Of a DNA stretch of 64,000 nt, positions 52,937 through 61,694 are shown piece after piece. The stretch covers positions 74,524 through 138,523 of the forward strand of contig JAYZFG010000016.1 in NCBI GenBank assembly GCA_036336885.1, given 5' to 3'. The first letter of the stretch is position 1, and each line of letters opens with the position of its first letter. The notes below the pieces were generated by a model. The model saw only the letters and a list, made by a program, of their open reading frames with translations. It was not told where the DNA came from and did no database searches. The DNA is from Pseudomonadota bacterium (lineage in GTDB: Bacteria > Pseudomonadota > Alphaproteobacteria > MPNO01 > UBA2964). The position numbers and the translations under genes were made by a program.

Positions 52937-54127
52937 ATGGAACTTGTTCTGACAGATGATCAAAAATTACTGCAAGAAAGCGCCGAAAAATTGATAGAGC
53001 GATGCGGTGGAGCTGATAATCACCGGAACTTGCGCAATGTGGAGCCAGGTTTTGATCGGGAACGCCTAAAGACAGCTGCGGAAGCTGGTTGGCTCTCATT
53101 GATGGTTCCAGAAAAGGTGGATGGGCTCGGTCTTGGTATTACAGAACTCGCTCTCGCTTTGGAACAAGCAGGAAGAGGTTTGTTGACTGAACCAGTTGGA
53201 GCATTAGCAGCCTGTGCACGAGCTATCGGAATGGGTCGAGCCGCTACCGGCGCCGGCACCGAGCAGGCTCTAAAGAAACTTGTTGCTGGTGAGAATTTGT
53301 TAATACCGGTTTTGCAGGATCCGTTTATTGCAGATGAACAGGGAGAGCGCATTTTTGCAGAACATTATCATTATGGTTATCAGTTATCCGGTATCCGGAA
53401 GGCGGTGCCGTTCGCTGATGCGGCGGATGGTTTCCTAGTAGATGCCAATACGTCAGACGGGATAATTTTGATTATTGTTCCTCGCGATACGCGAGGCCTT
53501 GATGTTAAGGTTTCGCGCTCGGTGGATGGAACGGCGCACGGTGAATTAGAGTTTACGGAAGCCACTCTAATGGCCGATGAGTTATTGATAGCCGGGGTTA
53601 AACAGGGGCAACAGCTTTTAGCGGAAATTCATGATCGAGTTCTACTGGGCGTTTCTGCCGAGATGCTTGGTGTGATGGAACAATCCTTGGACCTGGCTAA
53701 AAGTTATATGCAAACCCGTGAACAATTTGGTCGTCCAATAGGGAGTTTTCAAGCTTTGCAACATCGCGCGGTCAATGATCATATAGAAATAGAATTGACA
53801 CGTTCACTTCTCTACCAAGCTTGCAATGCTTTTGATTCGGGTCATGGCAATAGGGCGATGGTCGCTGCAGTAAAGGCCAGGGCTTCAGAAGCCGTTGTCT
53901 CGGTGACAAAGTCTGTAATTCAAATGCATGGGGCTATTGGTTTCACGGATGAGTACGATGCCGGCCTATACTTGCGGCGGGCAATGACATTATCAGCACA
54001 ATACGGAAATGCAGCAGAACATAGAAAACGCTATGCTATTCTCTCCCAGGCGGTTACAGGTAAGAACGTAGGTTCTGCTAAACGCGGGAAACGGAAAAAA
54101 ACAAAAAAGTCTATTTTTTTAAGCTGA
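52937..54127 (+). CDS. Acyl-CoA dehydrogenase family protein with a polybasic C-terminal tail
   Basis: ACAD C-terminal helices (REQFGRPIGSFQALQHR, HGAIGFTDEYD). Ends ...GSAKRGKRKKTKKSIFLS. Confidence 0.8.
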   Translation: MELVLTDDQKLLQESAEKLIERCGGADNHRNLRNVEPGFDRERLKTAAEAGWLSLMVPEKVDGLGLGITELALALEQAGRGLLTEPVGALAACARAIGMGRAATGAGTEQALKKLVAGENLLIPVLQDPFIADEQGERIFAEHYHYGYQLSGIRKAVPFADAADGFLVDANTSDGIILIIVPRDTRGLDVKVSRSVDGTAHGELEFTEATLMADELLIAGVKQGQQLLAEIHDRVLLGVSAEMLGVMEQSLDLAKSYMQTREQFGRPIGSFQALQHRAVNDHIEIELTRSLLYQACNAFDSGHGNRAMVAAVKARASEAVVSVTKSVIQMHGAIGFTDEYDAGLYLRRAMTLSAQYGNAAEHRKRYAILSQAVTGKNVGSAKRGKRKKTKKSIFLS

Positions 54128-54222
54128 ATGGTTGTTGTTTCAACGTGTGGCGGTTTACCAGGTTTGGTTGCAAATTAAGGCCTGGTTGCCGTGAACTATA
54201 ATTAATATTCGGAGGAATCTTT

Positions 54223-54252
54223 ATGACAAATTTTGAATCAATTAAATCATGA
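54223..54252 (+). other. 9-codon upstream ORF (MTNFESIKS*) with a strong Shine-Dalgarno, overlapping the next gene's start as ATGA
   Basis: GGAGGA at 54211-54216 lies 6 nt before ATG 54223. The uORF's TGA (54250-54252) overlaps ATG 54249 of the dehydrogenase, which has no Shine-Dalgarno of its own. Confidence 0.35.
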
Positions 54253-55313
54253 AAATTCTTATTTTACCCGGTGATGGTATTGGGCCGGAAATCATATCAG
54301 TGGCCGAGGCGGCGCTTGGGGCGCTAAATAGCCGGTTTTCTTTGGATCTCACTCTGAATCGACAAAAAGCAGGCCTTGATAGTCTAAAAACCTCTGGTGT
54401 TACAATTACAGAAGAGGTGGCAAAATTGGCTAAAGTCGCTGATGGTGTTGTGCTTGGTCCTGCCTCTACAGAGGACTATCCATCAGAGGCGGAAGGTGGG
54501 GTTAATATTTCTTCTTGGTTTCGGAAAACTTTTGACCTTTATGCAAATATTCGTCCCAGCAAAATACGTGCCGGTGTTCGGGGTTATGTGGAAAAAATGG
54601 ATTTAATAATAGTTCGGGAAAATACCGAAGGGTTTTATGCTGATCGAAATATGGCAGTGGGAACAGGCGAATTTATGCCAACTCCTGACCTAGCCCTTGC
54701 AGTTGGTAAGGCAACTAAGGAGGGTTGTCGCCGAATAGCGGTTGCTGCCTTTGAATTAGCTCAAAGACGTCGAAAGCACTTAACAGCAGTTCATAAGGCA
54801 AATGTGTTGAGACATTATAGTGGATTATTTCTGGAACAGGTTGAAGCCGTTTCCAATGATTATCCTGATGTGAATGTTGATAGGGTAATTGTAGATGCAA
54901 TGGCTGCCCTACTTGTTCGGAAACCTGAAGAATTCGATGTTGTGGTAACAACAAACATGTTTGGTGATATTTTATCTGACGAAGCAGCCGAGTTGGCGGG
55001 CGGTTTGGGTTTGGCCGCATCCATTAACGTCGGCCGCGATCATGCTATAGCCCAGGCGGCACACGGGTCTGCACCGGATATTGCCGGTAAGGATATTGCA
55101 AATCCTGCCGCTATAATTCATTCAACTGCAATGTTACTTGACCATCTTGGCGCTAACCGTGGTGATAAAAACTGTTTGACAGCAGCGAAGTCCTTGTCAG
55201 AAAAAACGGATAATCTTTTAGCCTCTGAATCAACACGCACACCAGATCTTGGAGGAACCTGCACAACTAGCGCATTTGGTGAAGTGCTTGTTAAGTCAAT
55301 ATTATATGACTGA
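54249..55313 (+). CDS. Isocitrate/isopropylmalate dehydrogenase-family enzyme (3-IPM / tartrate / D-malate dehydrogenase-like)
   Basis: MKILILPGDGIGPEI, IVRENTEGFY, NMFGDILSDEAAEL.GGLGLA, GSAPDIAGK.IANP. Confidence 0.85.
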   Translation: MKILILPGDGIGPEIISVAEAALGALNSRFSLDLTLNRQKAGLDSLKTSGVTITEEVAKLAKVADGVVLGPASTEDYPSEAEGGVNISSWFRKTFDLYANIRPSKIRAGVRGYVEKMDLIIVRENTEGFYADRNMAVGTGEFMPTPDLALAVGKATKEGCRRIAVAAFELAQRRRKHLTAVHKANVLRHYSGLFLEQVEAVSNDYPDVNVDRVIVDAMAALLVRKPEEFDVVVTTNMFGDILSDEAAELAGGLGLAASINVGRDHAIAQAAHGSAPDIAGKDIANPAAIIHSTAMLLDHLGANRGDKNCLTAAKSLSEKTDNLLASESTRTPDLGGTCTTSAFGEVLVKSILYD

Positions 55314-55317
55314 TTAA

Positions 55318-55851
55318 CTAGTGTTTTATTTTATGGCTTTTGCCGTTTGAGTGGTGATGATCGTGATTTGATTGGTTTTTCAAAGCCCCAGCGTGCCTCA
55401 CTTTTACGTTTACAAATATCTTTCCAGCTTTTTCAAAAATCAGAGTTAGCGGAAAAGAATTACCCTTTTTGAGTTTCTTGGTGAGACCCATCAGCATGAT
55501 ATGGTCGCCTCCGGGCTTCAGGGTTGCTGAGCCTTTGGCTGGAATGGTTATCGATTTAATATGCCGCATTTTCATAATCCCATTTTCATATTTGTGAGTA
55601 TGCAGTTGGACAATTTTAGCGACACTCGAGGAGGCACCTACGAGTTCATCGTTAGACCCTCCATGATTATGCAGCGTCACATATACCACCCCATTCTTGC
55701 TTATCGAAGCGCGAGACCAGGGGTGTTTGGCCATAACCTGATGGGAGGTATGTTGGTGTCCACCCTTGCCCATTGTCATTTTGTGGTGTCCAGAAGTTGC
55801 AGAGTTTGAGATTAACACTGAAGCGCAAATTGCTATTAGAATTCTTATCAT
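55318..55851 (-). CDS. Periplasmic copper chaperone PCu(A)C (DUF461) with His/Met-rich N- and C-terminal extensions
   Basis: Signal peptide MIRILIAICASVLISNSA, then the core ...VTLHNHG....L......H...M....PGGDHIMLMGL. The extensions read GHHKMTMGKGGHQHTSH and HDHHHSNGKSHKIKH. Start at ATG 55851, 11 nt after the upstream gene's stop. Confidence 0.8.
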   Translation of the reverse strand: MIRILIAICASVLISNSATSGHHKMTMGKGGHQHTSHQVMAKHPWSRASISKNGVVYVTLHNHGGSNDELVGASSSVAKIVQLHTHKYENGIMKMRHIKSITIPAKGSATLKPGGDHIMLMGLTKKLKKGNSFPLTLIFEKAGKIFVNVKVRHAGALKNQSNHDHHHSNGKSHKIKH

Positions 55852-55862
55852 AATCGTTTTTC

Positions 55863-58598
55863 CTAATTTTTCTCTTGCAGTATAATGGCTTTTAGCAATC
55901 GGTCTGGCGTACAAGGAGCTTTTTTTATCCTGACCCCGGTTGCCTGGTATATACCACCGAAGATTGCAGGGGCGGTCGCACAAAGAGCCGGCTCACCAAT
56001 ACCCTTAGCACCCCAAGGTCCCGTGGGTTCGGGGTCTTCAATTATAAAGGTCTTTATATTAGGAATATCTCCAAAAGTCGGAATTAAATAATCGTGCAAA
56101 TTTTCTGTCTTACCGGGAATAAATTCTTCCATGAGCGCGAGGCCAAGGCCTTGAGCTACTCCACCATGAATCTGCCCCTCCACCTGTTGAGGATTGAGGG
56201 ATTGACCTACGTCATGAGCTGCGGCGATTCGGAGAACTTTAACTGTGCCAAGTTGTGTGTCGACGGCAACGTCCGCAATTTGCGCTGCGAAACCATAGGT
56301 GCCATAGGGTGTTCCTTGCCCGTTTTGATCAAGGGGCTCAGTAGGGGGGTCGAATTGACCCTCTCCCCGAAACACTTCCCCTAGAGCGTTTAATTGCAAC
56401 GAGGACAAATCAATTTCATGTGTAGTCCCTTTTTCTCTGACGAAGATTTTGCCATTCTCAAATTCTATAGTAGCGTTGTCGCCGACGTTAGCCATACGGA
56501 GTATTTGTGAGCGCAGATCCTCACCTGCCAATTTAGCAGCATTCCCGGAGACATATGCCTGACGTGACGCCGAACTCTTTCCGGCATCGGCTGTGAGGTC
56601 AGTATCACCAGCGACAAGGTTCAGTTGATTTAACGGTATTCCAAGCGCGTCAGCCGCGGCTTGCATCATGGTTGTGTTGGTCCCCTGGCCAATATCCTGT
56701 GCACCTGAAAATAGAGTGACCGTGCCGTCAGATTTAATCGATATATGCATTGTGGAAGGATTAGGTATTGAGGTGTTGCCGCAACCATACCACATGCATC
56801 CTATACCAACACCGCGCCGCACTATGGGGCTTTGGGTGTTGTGGTTTTCAGCTTCCGTCCGCCAGGATTTCCAGTCATCTCGAAGAGCCTCAAGACATTG
56901 ATCAAGACCCGCGCTCTCAAGAATTTGTCCGGTAGCTGTTTCCTGTCCTTTACGAATGGCGTTGAGATATCGGATTTCTAAAGGGTCGATAGCCGTTTTT
57001 TCCGCCATCATGTCCATGAGAGCGTCATGAGCGATTGCTGCTTGAGGAACGCCAAAACCTCTAAAGGCCCCTGCTGGTGTCTCGTTGGAGAAAAATGCTC
57101 TAGATTTGGCCTCGATATTGGGAACAAAATAGGGCCCGGAAGCGTGAATTGGCACTCGGTCTTTAACTGTTAGCCCCCAGGATGTGTATGCCCCGGTATT
57201 AAAATCACCATTAAATTCAAACGCTTGCAGTTTGCCTTCCTTGTCACAGCCGTATCGTGCTGTAATGTTAGAGGGATGGCGTTTTGTCGTGGCGGCCATT
57301 GATTCTGGTCGATTAAATATACATCGTACGGGTTGTTTAAGCTTCCATGCTGCTATAGCAACAAGCGGCTGCATGGTCTGATCCAGTTTACCACCAAATC
57401 CGCCACCGCAAGCAGTTGGGATGATTCGGACATCTTCTGGAGGGATCCCCAATATGAGAGCAACTTCGTCCCGATCCATATACGGACTTTGAGTGCTCAC
57501 GGTAATTTCTATACGATCCCCTACGCGTTGGGCCCAGCCCGCCTCAGGCTCAATATAGGCGTGTTCAACGAAACCGGTCTCAAAGGATTCCTGACAGATT
57601 ATTTCGCTTTCCCTAAATCCTAGCTCGGTACTCCCTTTTATAACTTCCCCGTGGGCGAGAATATTGCCTGGCCGGTCTCTATGAATTTGTGGTGCGTCAA
57701 TAGCAAGTGGTGATGTAAATCCTTGTAAAGGATTTTCCTCTTTCCACTTAATTGGTATTTCGTCGTCCCGTATGGATTCTATTGTTTCCAAATCGCCAAC
57801 GAGGGCCAGCATTGCGTCACCACGATACCTGACCACGCCATCCGCAAAAACCGGTTGATCTTTAACGTCGGGATAAATCCCAAAGCCATTTAACCCTGGC
57901 ACGTCTGAAGCCGTTAAGATATCAACCAGGCCCGTATATCTATCTTTTAAGGGTGCGAAGTCGCCGAAAGAAAAGGTAGCGCTCCAATACGGAGATCTAA
58001 TTGTACGCAACCACAAGGCATCTTTTGGGGCCGAATCGGCGCCATATAATTCTGAGCCATTAACTTTTTGTTTTCCATCGAGTTTGGCAACGCGTGCGCC
58101 GACGGCTTCTCCCGCGGCTGGGTTATTTGTATTAGCAGAGTGGGTATCACCAACGTACAGGATCGCCTCAATTATTTTCCTATAACCCGTGCATCGGCAA
58201 AGCACGCCGCCGAGCGCATCATTGATTTGTTGCTCAGACGGTTGACTGCTCTTTCTTAAAAGTTCGGTAGCTGCCATCAACATTCCGGGCGTACAAATAC
58301 CACACTGGGCGGCTCCATGGCGATGGAAAGAGGCCTGTAGAGCGTTCAGGTTGCCGTCTTCATCTAGGCCTTCAACGGTTAGGATATCGCTTCCATTCGC
58401 TTGGGCGACGGGAACAAGGCAGGCGCATACTTGTTTTCCATCAAGGAGTATGGTGCATGCTCCGCAATCTCCTGCATCACAACCCACCTTGGTGCCAGTT
58501 AGCTGCAGATCATTCCTTAAAATATCGGTCAACCGCCTCGCTGGCGCAGTCCGCACATGTTTTTCTTCTCCGTTAATGTTGAGTTTAAATTCTTGCAT
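55863..58598 (-). CDS. Xanthine dehydrogenase/aldehyde oxidase-family molybdo-hydroxylase, fused [2Fe-2S] + MoCo subunit
   Basis: N-terminal CDAGDCGACT and CGICTPGM...CRCTGY 2Fe-2S motifs, then a/b-hammerhead and MoCo domains (GGGFGGK, a GEPA-like stretch in GIGEPALC). 911 aa. Confidence 0.9.
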   Translation of the reverse strand: MQEFKLNINGEEKHVRTAPARRLTDILRNDLQLTGTKVGCDAGDCGACTILLDGKQVCACLVPVAQANGSDILTVEGLDEDGNLNALQASFHRHGAAQCGICTPGMLMAATELLRKSSQPSEQQINDALGGVLCRCTGYRKIIEAILYVGDTHSANTNNPAAGEAVGARVAKLDGKQKVNGSELYGADSAPKDALWLRTIRSPYWSATFSFGDFAPLKDRYTGLVDILTASDVPGLNGFGIYPDVKDQPVFADGVVRYRGDAMLALVGDLETIESIRDDEIPIKWKEENPLQGFTSPLAIDAPQIHRDRPGNILAHGEVIKGSTELGFRESEIICQESFETGFVEHAYIEPEAGWAQRVGDRIEITVSTQSPYMDRDEVALILGIPPEDVRIIPTACGGGFGGKLDQTMQPLVAIAAWKLKQPVRCIFNRPESMAATTKRHPSNITARYGCDKEGKLQAFEFNGDFNTGAYTSWGLTVKDRVPIHASGPYFVPNIEAKSRAFFSNETPAGAFRGFGVPQAAIAHDALMDMMAEKTAIDPLEIRYLNAIRKGQETATGQILESAGLDQCLEALRDDWKSWRTEAENHNTQSPIVRRGVGIGCMWYGCGNTSIPNPSTMHISIKSDGTVTLFSGAQDIGQGTNTTMMQAAADALGIPLNQLNLVAGDTDLTADAGKSSASRQAYVSGNAAKLAGEDLRSQILRMANVGDNATIEFENGKIFVREKGTTHEIDLSSLQLNALGEVFRGEGQFDPPTEPLDQNGQGTPYGTYGFAAQIADVAVDTQLGTVKVLRIAAAHDVGQSLNPQQVEGQIHGGVAQGLGLALMEEFIPGKTENLHDYLIPTFGDIPNIKTFIIEDPEPTGPWGAKGIGEPALCATAPAIFGGIYQATGVRIKKAPCTPDRLLKAIILQEKN

Positions 58599-58599
58599 T

Positions 58600-59433
58600 T
58601 CAGGTAACCAATTGTTCTAACGCCCGGCGAACGAGTATAAGTGCCGCGTCTTTTCGATACTCAGCCGTTCCTCGTATATCTTTAATGGGAGACAGCTGGT
58701 TTAAATCCGCTTCGGATACTTGTTGAGAGATTCCAGGTGCAAACGGTTGCCCCACTAGTGCTCTTTCGAGCAAGTGTAGACGTTTTGCAACGGCGGAGCA
58801 TGAACCGACGGCGATACGAGCGGCAGTGATCTTCTCCTTATCTCTTTCTACAATTGCGGCTACCATGGCGATTGAAATTACTAAATATCTACGTGAACCA
58901 AGTTTTAAAAAAGTGGCTGTCGCAGGATATTCTGGTTTAGGAATACGAAAGCCCATCACTATTTCATCATTCGCGCAACGCGTTTTTCGGTTACCCATGA
59001 TAAACTTAGCGAGCGGCATAGAATGTTTATTACGCAACGATACGAGAATGACCTCAGCATTAAGGGATAGAAGGGCCGGAATGCCATCAGCAGCGGGAGA
59101 AGCGTTGCAAATATTTCCTCCTACGGTACCTGTATTTTGTATTTGTTTTCCACCAACCTCCATTGCACTAAGTTTTAATCCATTAAAGTAGGGAGGGAGG
59201 TCCGCATCAATCAAATCGGACCAACGTGTTGTGGCGCCAATATAAAAATGATCTTCATTTTCAGAGATTTTCCGCAGTTCAGTTATACAGCTGATATCCA
59301 GGATATCGTCATCGAGTGATTTGCCGGCACGCGCTGGATAGTAGTCGGTTCCACCTGCCAAAATAAAAAGCGGTTGGTCAGAAAGTGCCTTTACGGCCTC
59401 CTCGACAGATTTTGGTTGTATATACAAATTCAT
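58600..59433 (-). CDS. Molybdo-hydroxylase FAD-binding subunit (CoxM/XdhB-like)
   Basis: AGGTDYY, TVGGNICNASPAAD and a CO-dehydrogenase flavoprotein C-domain. Its stop lies 1 nt before the next gene's ATG. Confidence 0.9.
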   Translation of the reverse strand: MNLYIQPKSVEEAVKALSDQPLFILAGGTDYYPARAGKSLDDDILDISCITELRKISENEDHFYIGATTRWSDLIDADLPPYFNGLKLSAMEVGGKQIQNTGTVGGNICNASPAADGIPALLSLNAEVILVSLRNKHSMPLAKFIMGNRKTRCANDEIVMGFRIPKPEYPATATFLKLGSRRYLVISIAMVAAIVERDKEKITAARIAVGSCSAVAKRLHLLERALVGQPFAPGISQQVSEADLNQLSPIKDIRGTAEYRKDAALILVRRALEQLVT

Positions 59434-59558
59434 AATCCCCTATAATCTATCCGTTTACGCAGAAAAAAAAACCTTTGAGACTATAATTTATATAGTGGTT
59501 TGACACTTCCTAGATGACTGATCAGACTTCGTCGGTGTCAAATGAATAGGATCTTGAG

Positions 59559-60725
59559 ATGCCTGGTATTAAAAAAATTGCAGTAGTCCATGTTTCGCTT
59601 CCGACACGTCGGGAACATAAGTGGACAGGTTTAACAGAACCGATCGGAGGCTATATCCTGGTAAGGATGACGGGTGATAATGGCGTTATCGGATGGGGAG
59701 AGGCTCCCGCACTGAAAGACTGGGGCGGGGATTATGGACGATATTTTGGGGAATCTCCGGGAACAACCAAATTTGTTATTGAGAACTATTTAGCGCCTTC
59801 CGTGGTCGGGTGTGAGGTTGGCAATATTGTAGATCTTCATCAGAGAATGTCAGCTATTGTAAAAGGTTACCCTTATGCGAAAGCTGCAATGGATATAGCT
59901 GCCCATGATTTAGCGGGGCGTACAATAGGCGTGCCGGTATGGCAAATGTTAGGTGGTAAGGTTCGCGATAAGGTGCCAGTGACGCATTCAATCGGCCTTC
60001 TGGGCATAGAAGAGGCGGTCGAAGAATGCAAAAGGGTTGTTGGGGAAGGCATCAGGACTATCAAAATTAAGGTTGGCGTGGACCCTGCTAGAGACGTGGA
60101 AATCGTTGGACGGGTTCGGGCCGCTGTTGGGGAGAAAGTTGATATTTGCGTGGATGCCAACTGCGGTTATGCAACGCCCCGTGATGCGGTAAGAATTATT
60201 CGAAAGATGGAACAATATGTCCTAAAATATGCCGAACAACCAGTTGAGGGAATCGATAGAATTGCCGAGGTAACGCGTGTTCTTGAAACACCGGTTATGG
60301 CCGATGAAAGCGCTTGGTTCCCTAGAGATGTACTCGAGATTTTTGAAAAAAAAGCAGCTGATATTGTTTCGATTTATACAACTAAACCTGGTGGTTTATA
60401 CGGGGCAATGGAAGTTGCATCTGTAGCGCGTGCCGCCAAGTTTCTCTGCAACGTCAATGGGTCTGTCGAGACTGGTGTTGGTAATCTTGCCAATATCCAC
60501 CTGGCCGCAGCGGCAATTCCGGTCACCTTATCCTGTGTTGTGCCTGTCTCCATGCCGGCAGAAGCACAAAAAGGCAACGTAGGGGGGATTTACTACATCG
60601 ACGACCTCATAAAGAGACCATTCGAATTAGTTGATGGTTGTGTAGTTGTACCAGAAGGGCCCGGGTTTGGTATCGATGTGGACGAAGAAAAGGTTGAAAA
60701 ATACCGTGACACCTCCCTGCAGTAA
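59559..60725 (+). CDS. Enolase-superfamily enzyme (mandelate racemase/muconate lactonizing enzyme family)
   Basis: KIKVG, VDANCGY, EQPV, MADES metal and acid-base positions. 388 aa. Confidence 0.85.
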   Translation: MPGIKKIAVVHVSLPTRREHKWTGLTEPIGGYILVRMTGDNGVIGWGEAPALKDWGGDYGRYFGESPGTTKFVIENYLAPSVVGCEVGNIVDLHQRMSAIVKGYPYAKAAMDIAAHDLAGRTIGVPVWQMLGGKVRDKVPVTHSIGLLGIEEAVEECKRVVGEGIRTIKIKVGVDPARDVEIVGRVRAAVGEKVDICVDANCGYATPRDAVRIIRKMEQYVLKYAEQPVEGIDRIAEVTRVLETPVMADESAWFPRDVLEIFEKKAADIVSIYTTKPGGLYGAMEVASVARAAKFLCNVNGSVETGVGNLANIHLAAAAIPVTLSCVVPVSMPAEAQKGNVGGIYYIDDLIKRPFELVDGCVVVPEGPGFGIDVDEEKVEKYRDTSLQ

Positions 60726-60804
60726 TAGAATTACAGGAGATAAATATTAAAGTTTTAGATATTTTGTAATATTATCCCGAGTAATCTAAGAGGTTGTCCA
60801 GCTT

Positions 60805-61677
60805 ATGAAGCCGCTCACATTTGGAGACGTAACAGTCACCAGTATTATTGAACGTGATGGCCCCTGGCGTGCACCAGAGGTGATGTATCCGACATGCGAT
60901 AAGAAAACGGCGATCTCGCATCTAAAAACGATGGAGCCTTTTGTTTACGATGCTATCCAAAATATGCTGGTAATAACCTATCAGACTTATATTTTGCGTA
61001 CCCCTCATCACACAATTCTGATTGATACCTGTTTAGGCGAGGATAAAGGCTATGGCCCACCTCACGACTTTCCCAAGAAGCCTTGGCTCGATGGTCTGTC
61101 AAAAAATGGTTTATGTTTTGAAGATATTGATTACGTCTTTTGCACGCACCTCCACATAGACCATTGTGGATGGAATACGCGCCTTGTGGATGGTCGCTGG
61201 GTGCCGACATTTCCCAATGCTAAATATATATTCAGCAAAAGAGAATACGACACCTGGGCATCAGAAACTAAAAAGGGGGCGAACCCTCCTGGCAAGGTTT
61301 GGTTGCAAAACTGTGAGCCAATTGTTGAAGCTGGGCAGGCATTATTGGTTGCTGATGACTTTGCCCTCGATGATATGGTTTGGTTGACCGCGACTCCAGG
61401 TCACTCGCCAGGCCATGTCTGCGTTAATTTAAAGTCAGGAGGGCAGCGAGGTTTGTTCTCCGGAGACGTAATGCATCACGCCATACAATGTATCGAGCCT
61501 GACTGGTCGTCGTGCTTTTGTTGGGATGCCTCGCAGTCCGCCTTGAGCCGGCGACAGGTCCTCGAGTCGGTGGTTGATACGGACACAATAGTAATGCCCG
61601 CTCATTTCCCGGGCCCGACTGCTGGGTGCGTTGTTAGTGATGGTGATGCATATCGATTTAATTTTTTAAAGGATTAG
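60805..61677 (+). CDS. MBL-fold metallo-hydrolase (lactonase-like)
   Basis: CTHLHIDHCGW (HxHxDH), TPGHSPGH, and a downstream His in GDVMHH. Confidence 0.8.
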   Translation: MKPLTFGDVTVTSIIERDGPWRAPEVMYPTCDKKTAISHLKTMEPFVYDAIQNMLVITYQTYILRTPHHTILIDTCLGEDKGYGPPHDFPKKPWLDGLSKNGLCFEDIDYVFCTHLHIDHCGWNTRLVDGRWVPTFPNAKYIFSKREYDTWASETKKGANPPGKVWLQNCEPIVEAGQALLVADDFALDDMVWLTATPGHSPGHVCVNLKSGGQRGLFSGDVMHHAIQCIEPDWSSCFCWDASQSALSRRQVLESVVDTDTIVMPAHFPGPTAGCVVSDGDAYRFNFLKD

Positions 61678-61694
61678 TAGTCAAATCAATCTTC

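Noticed and set aside
55863-58598. Mo-Cu CO dehydrogenase (CoxL), considered as an explanation for the adjacent copper chaperone.
   Set aside because: The large subunit is fused to the 2Fe-2S domain. It shows GGGFGGK but no AYxCSFR-type active-site loop that I can find, and no coxDEFG-like accessory genes are present.
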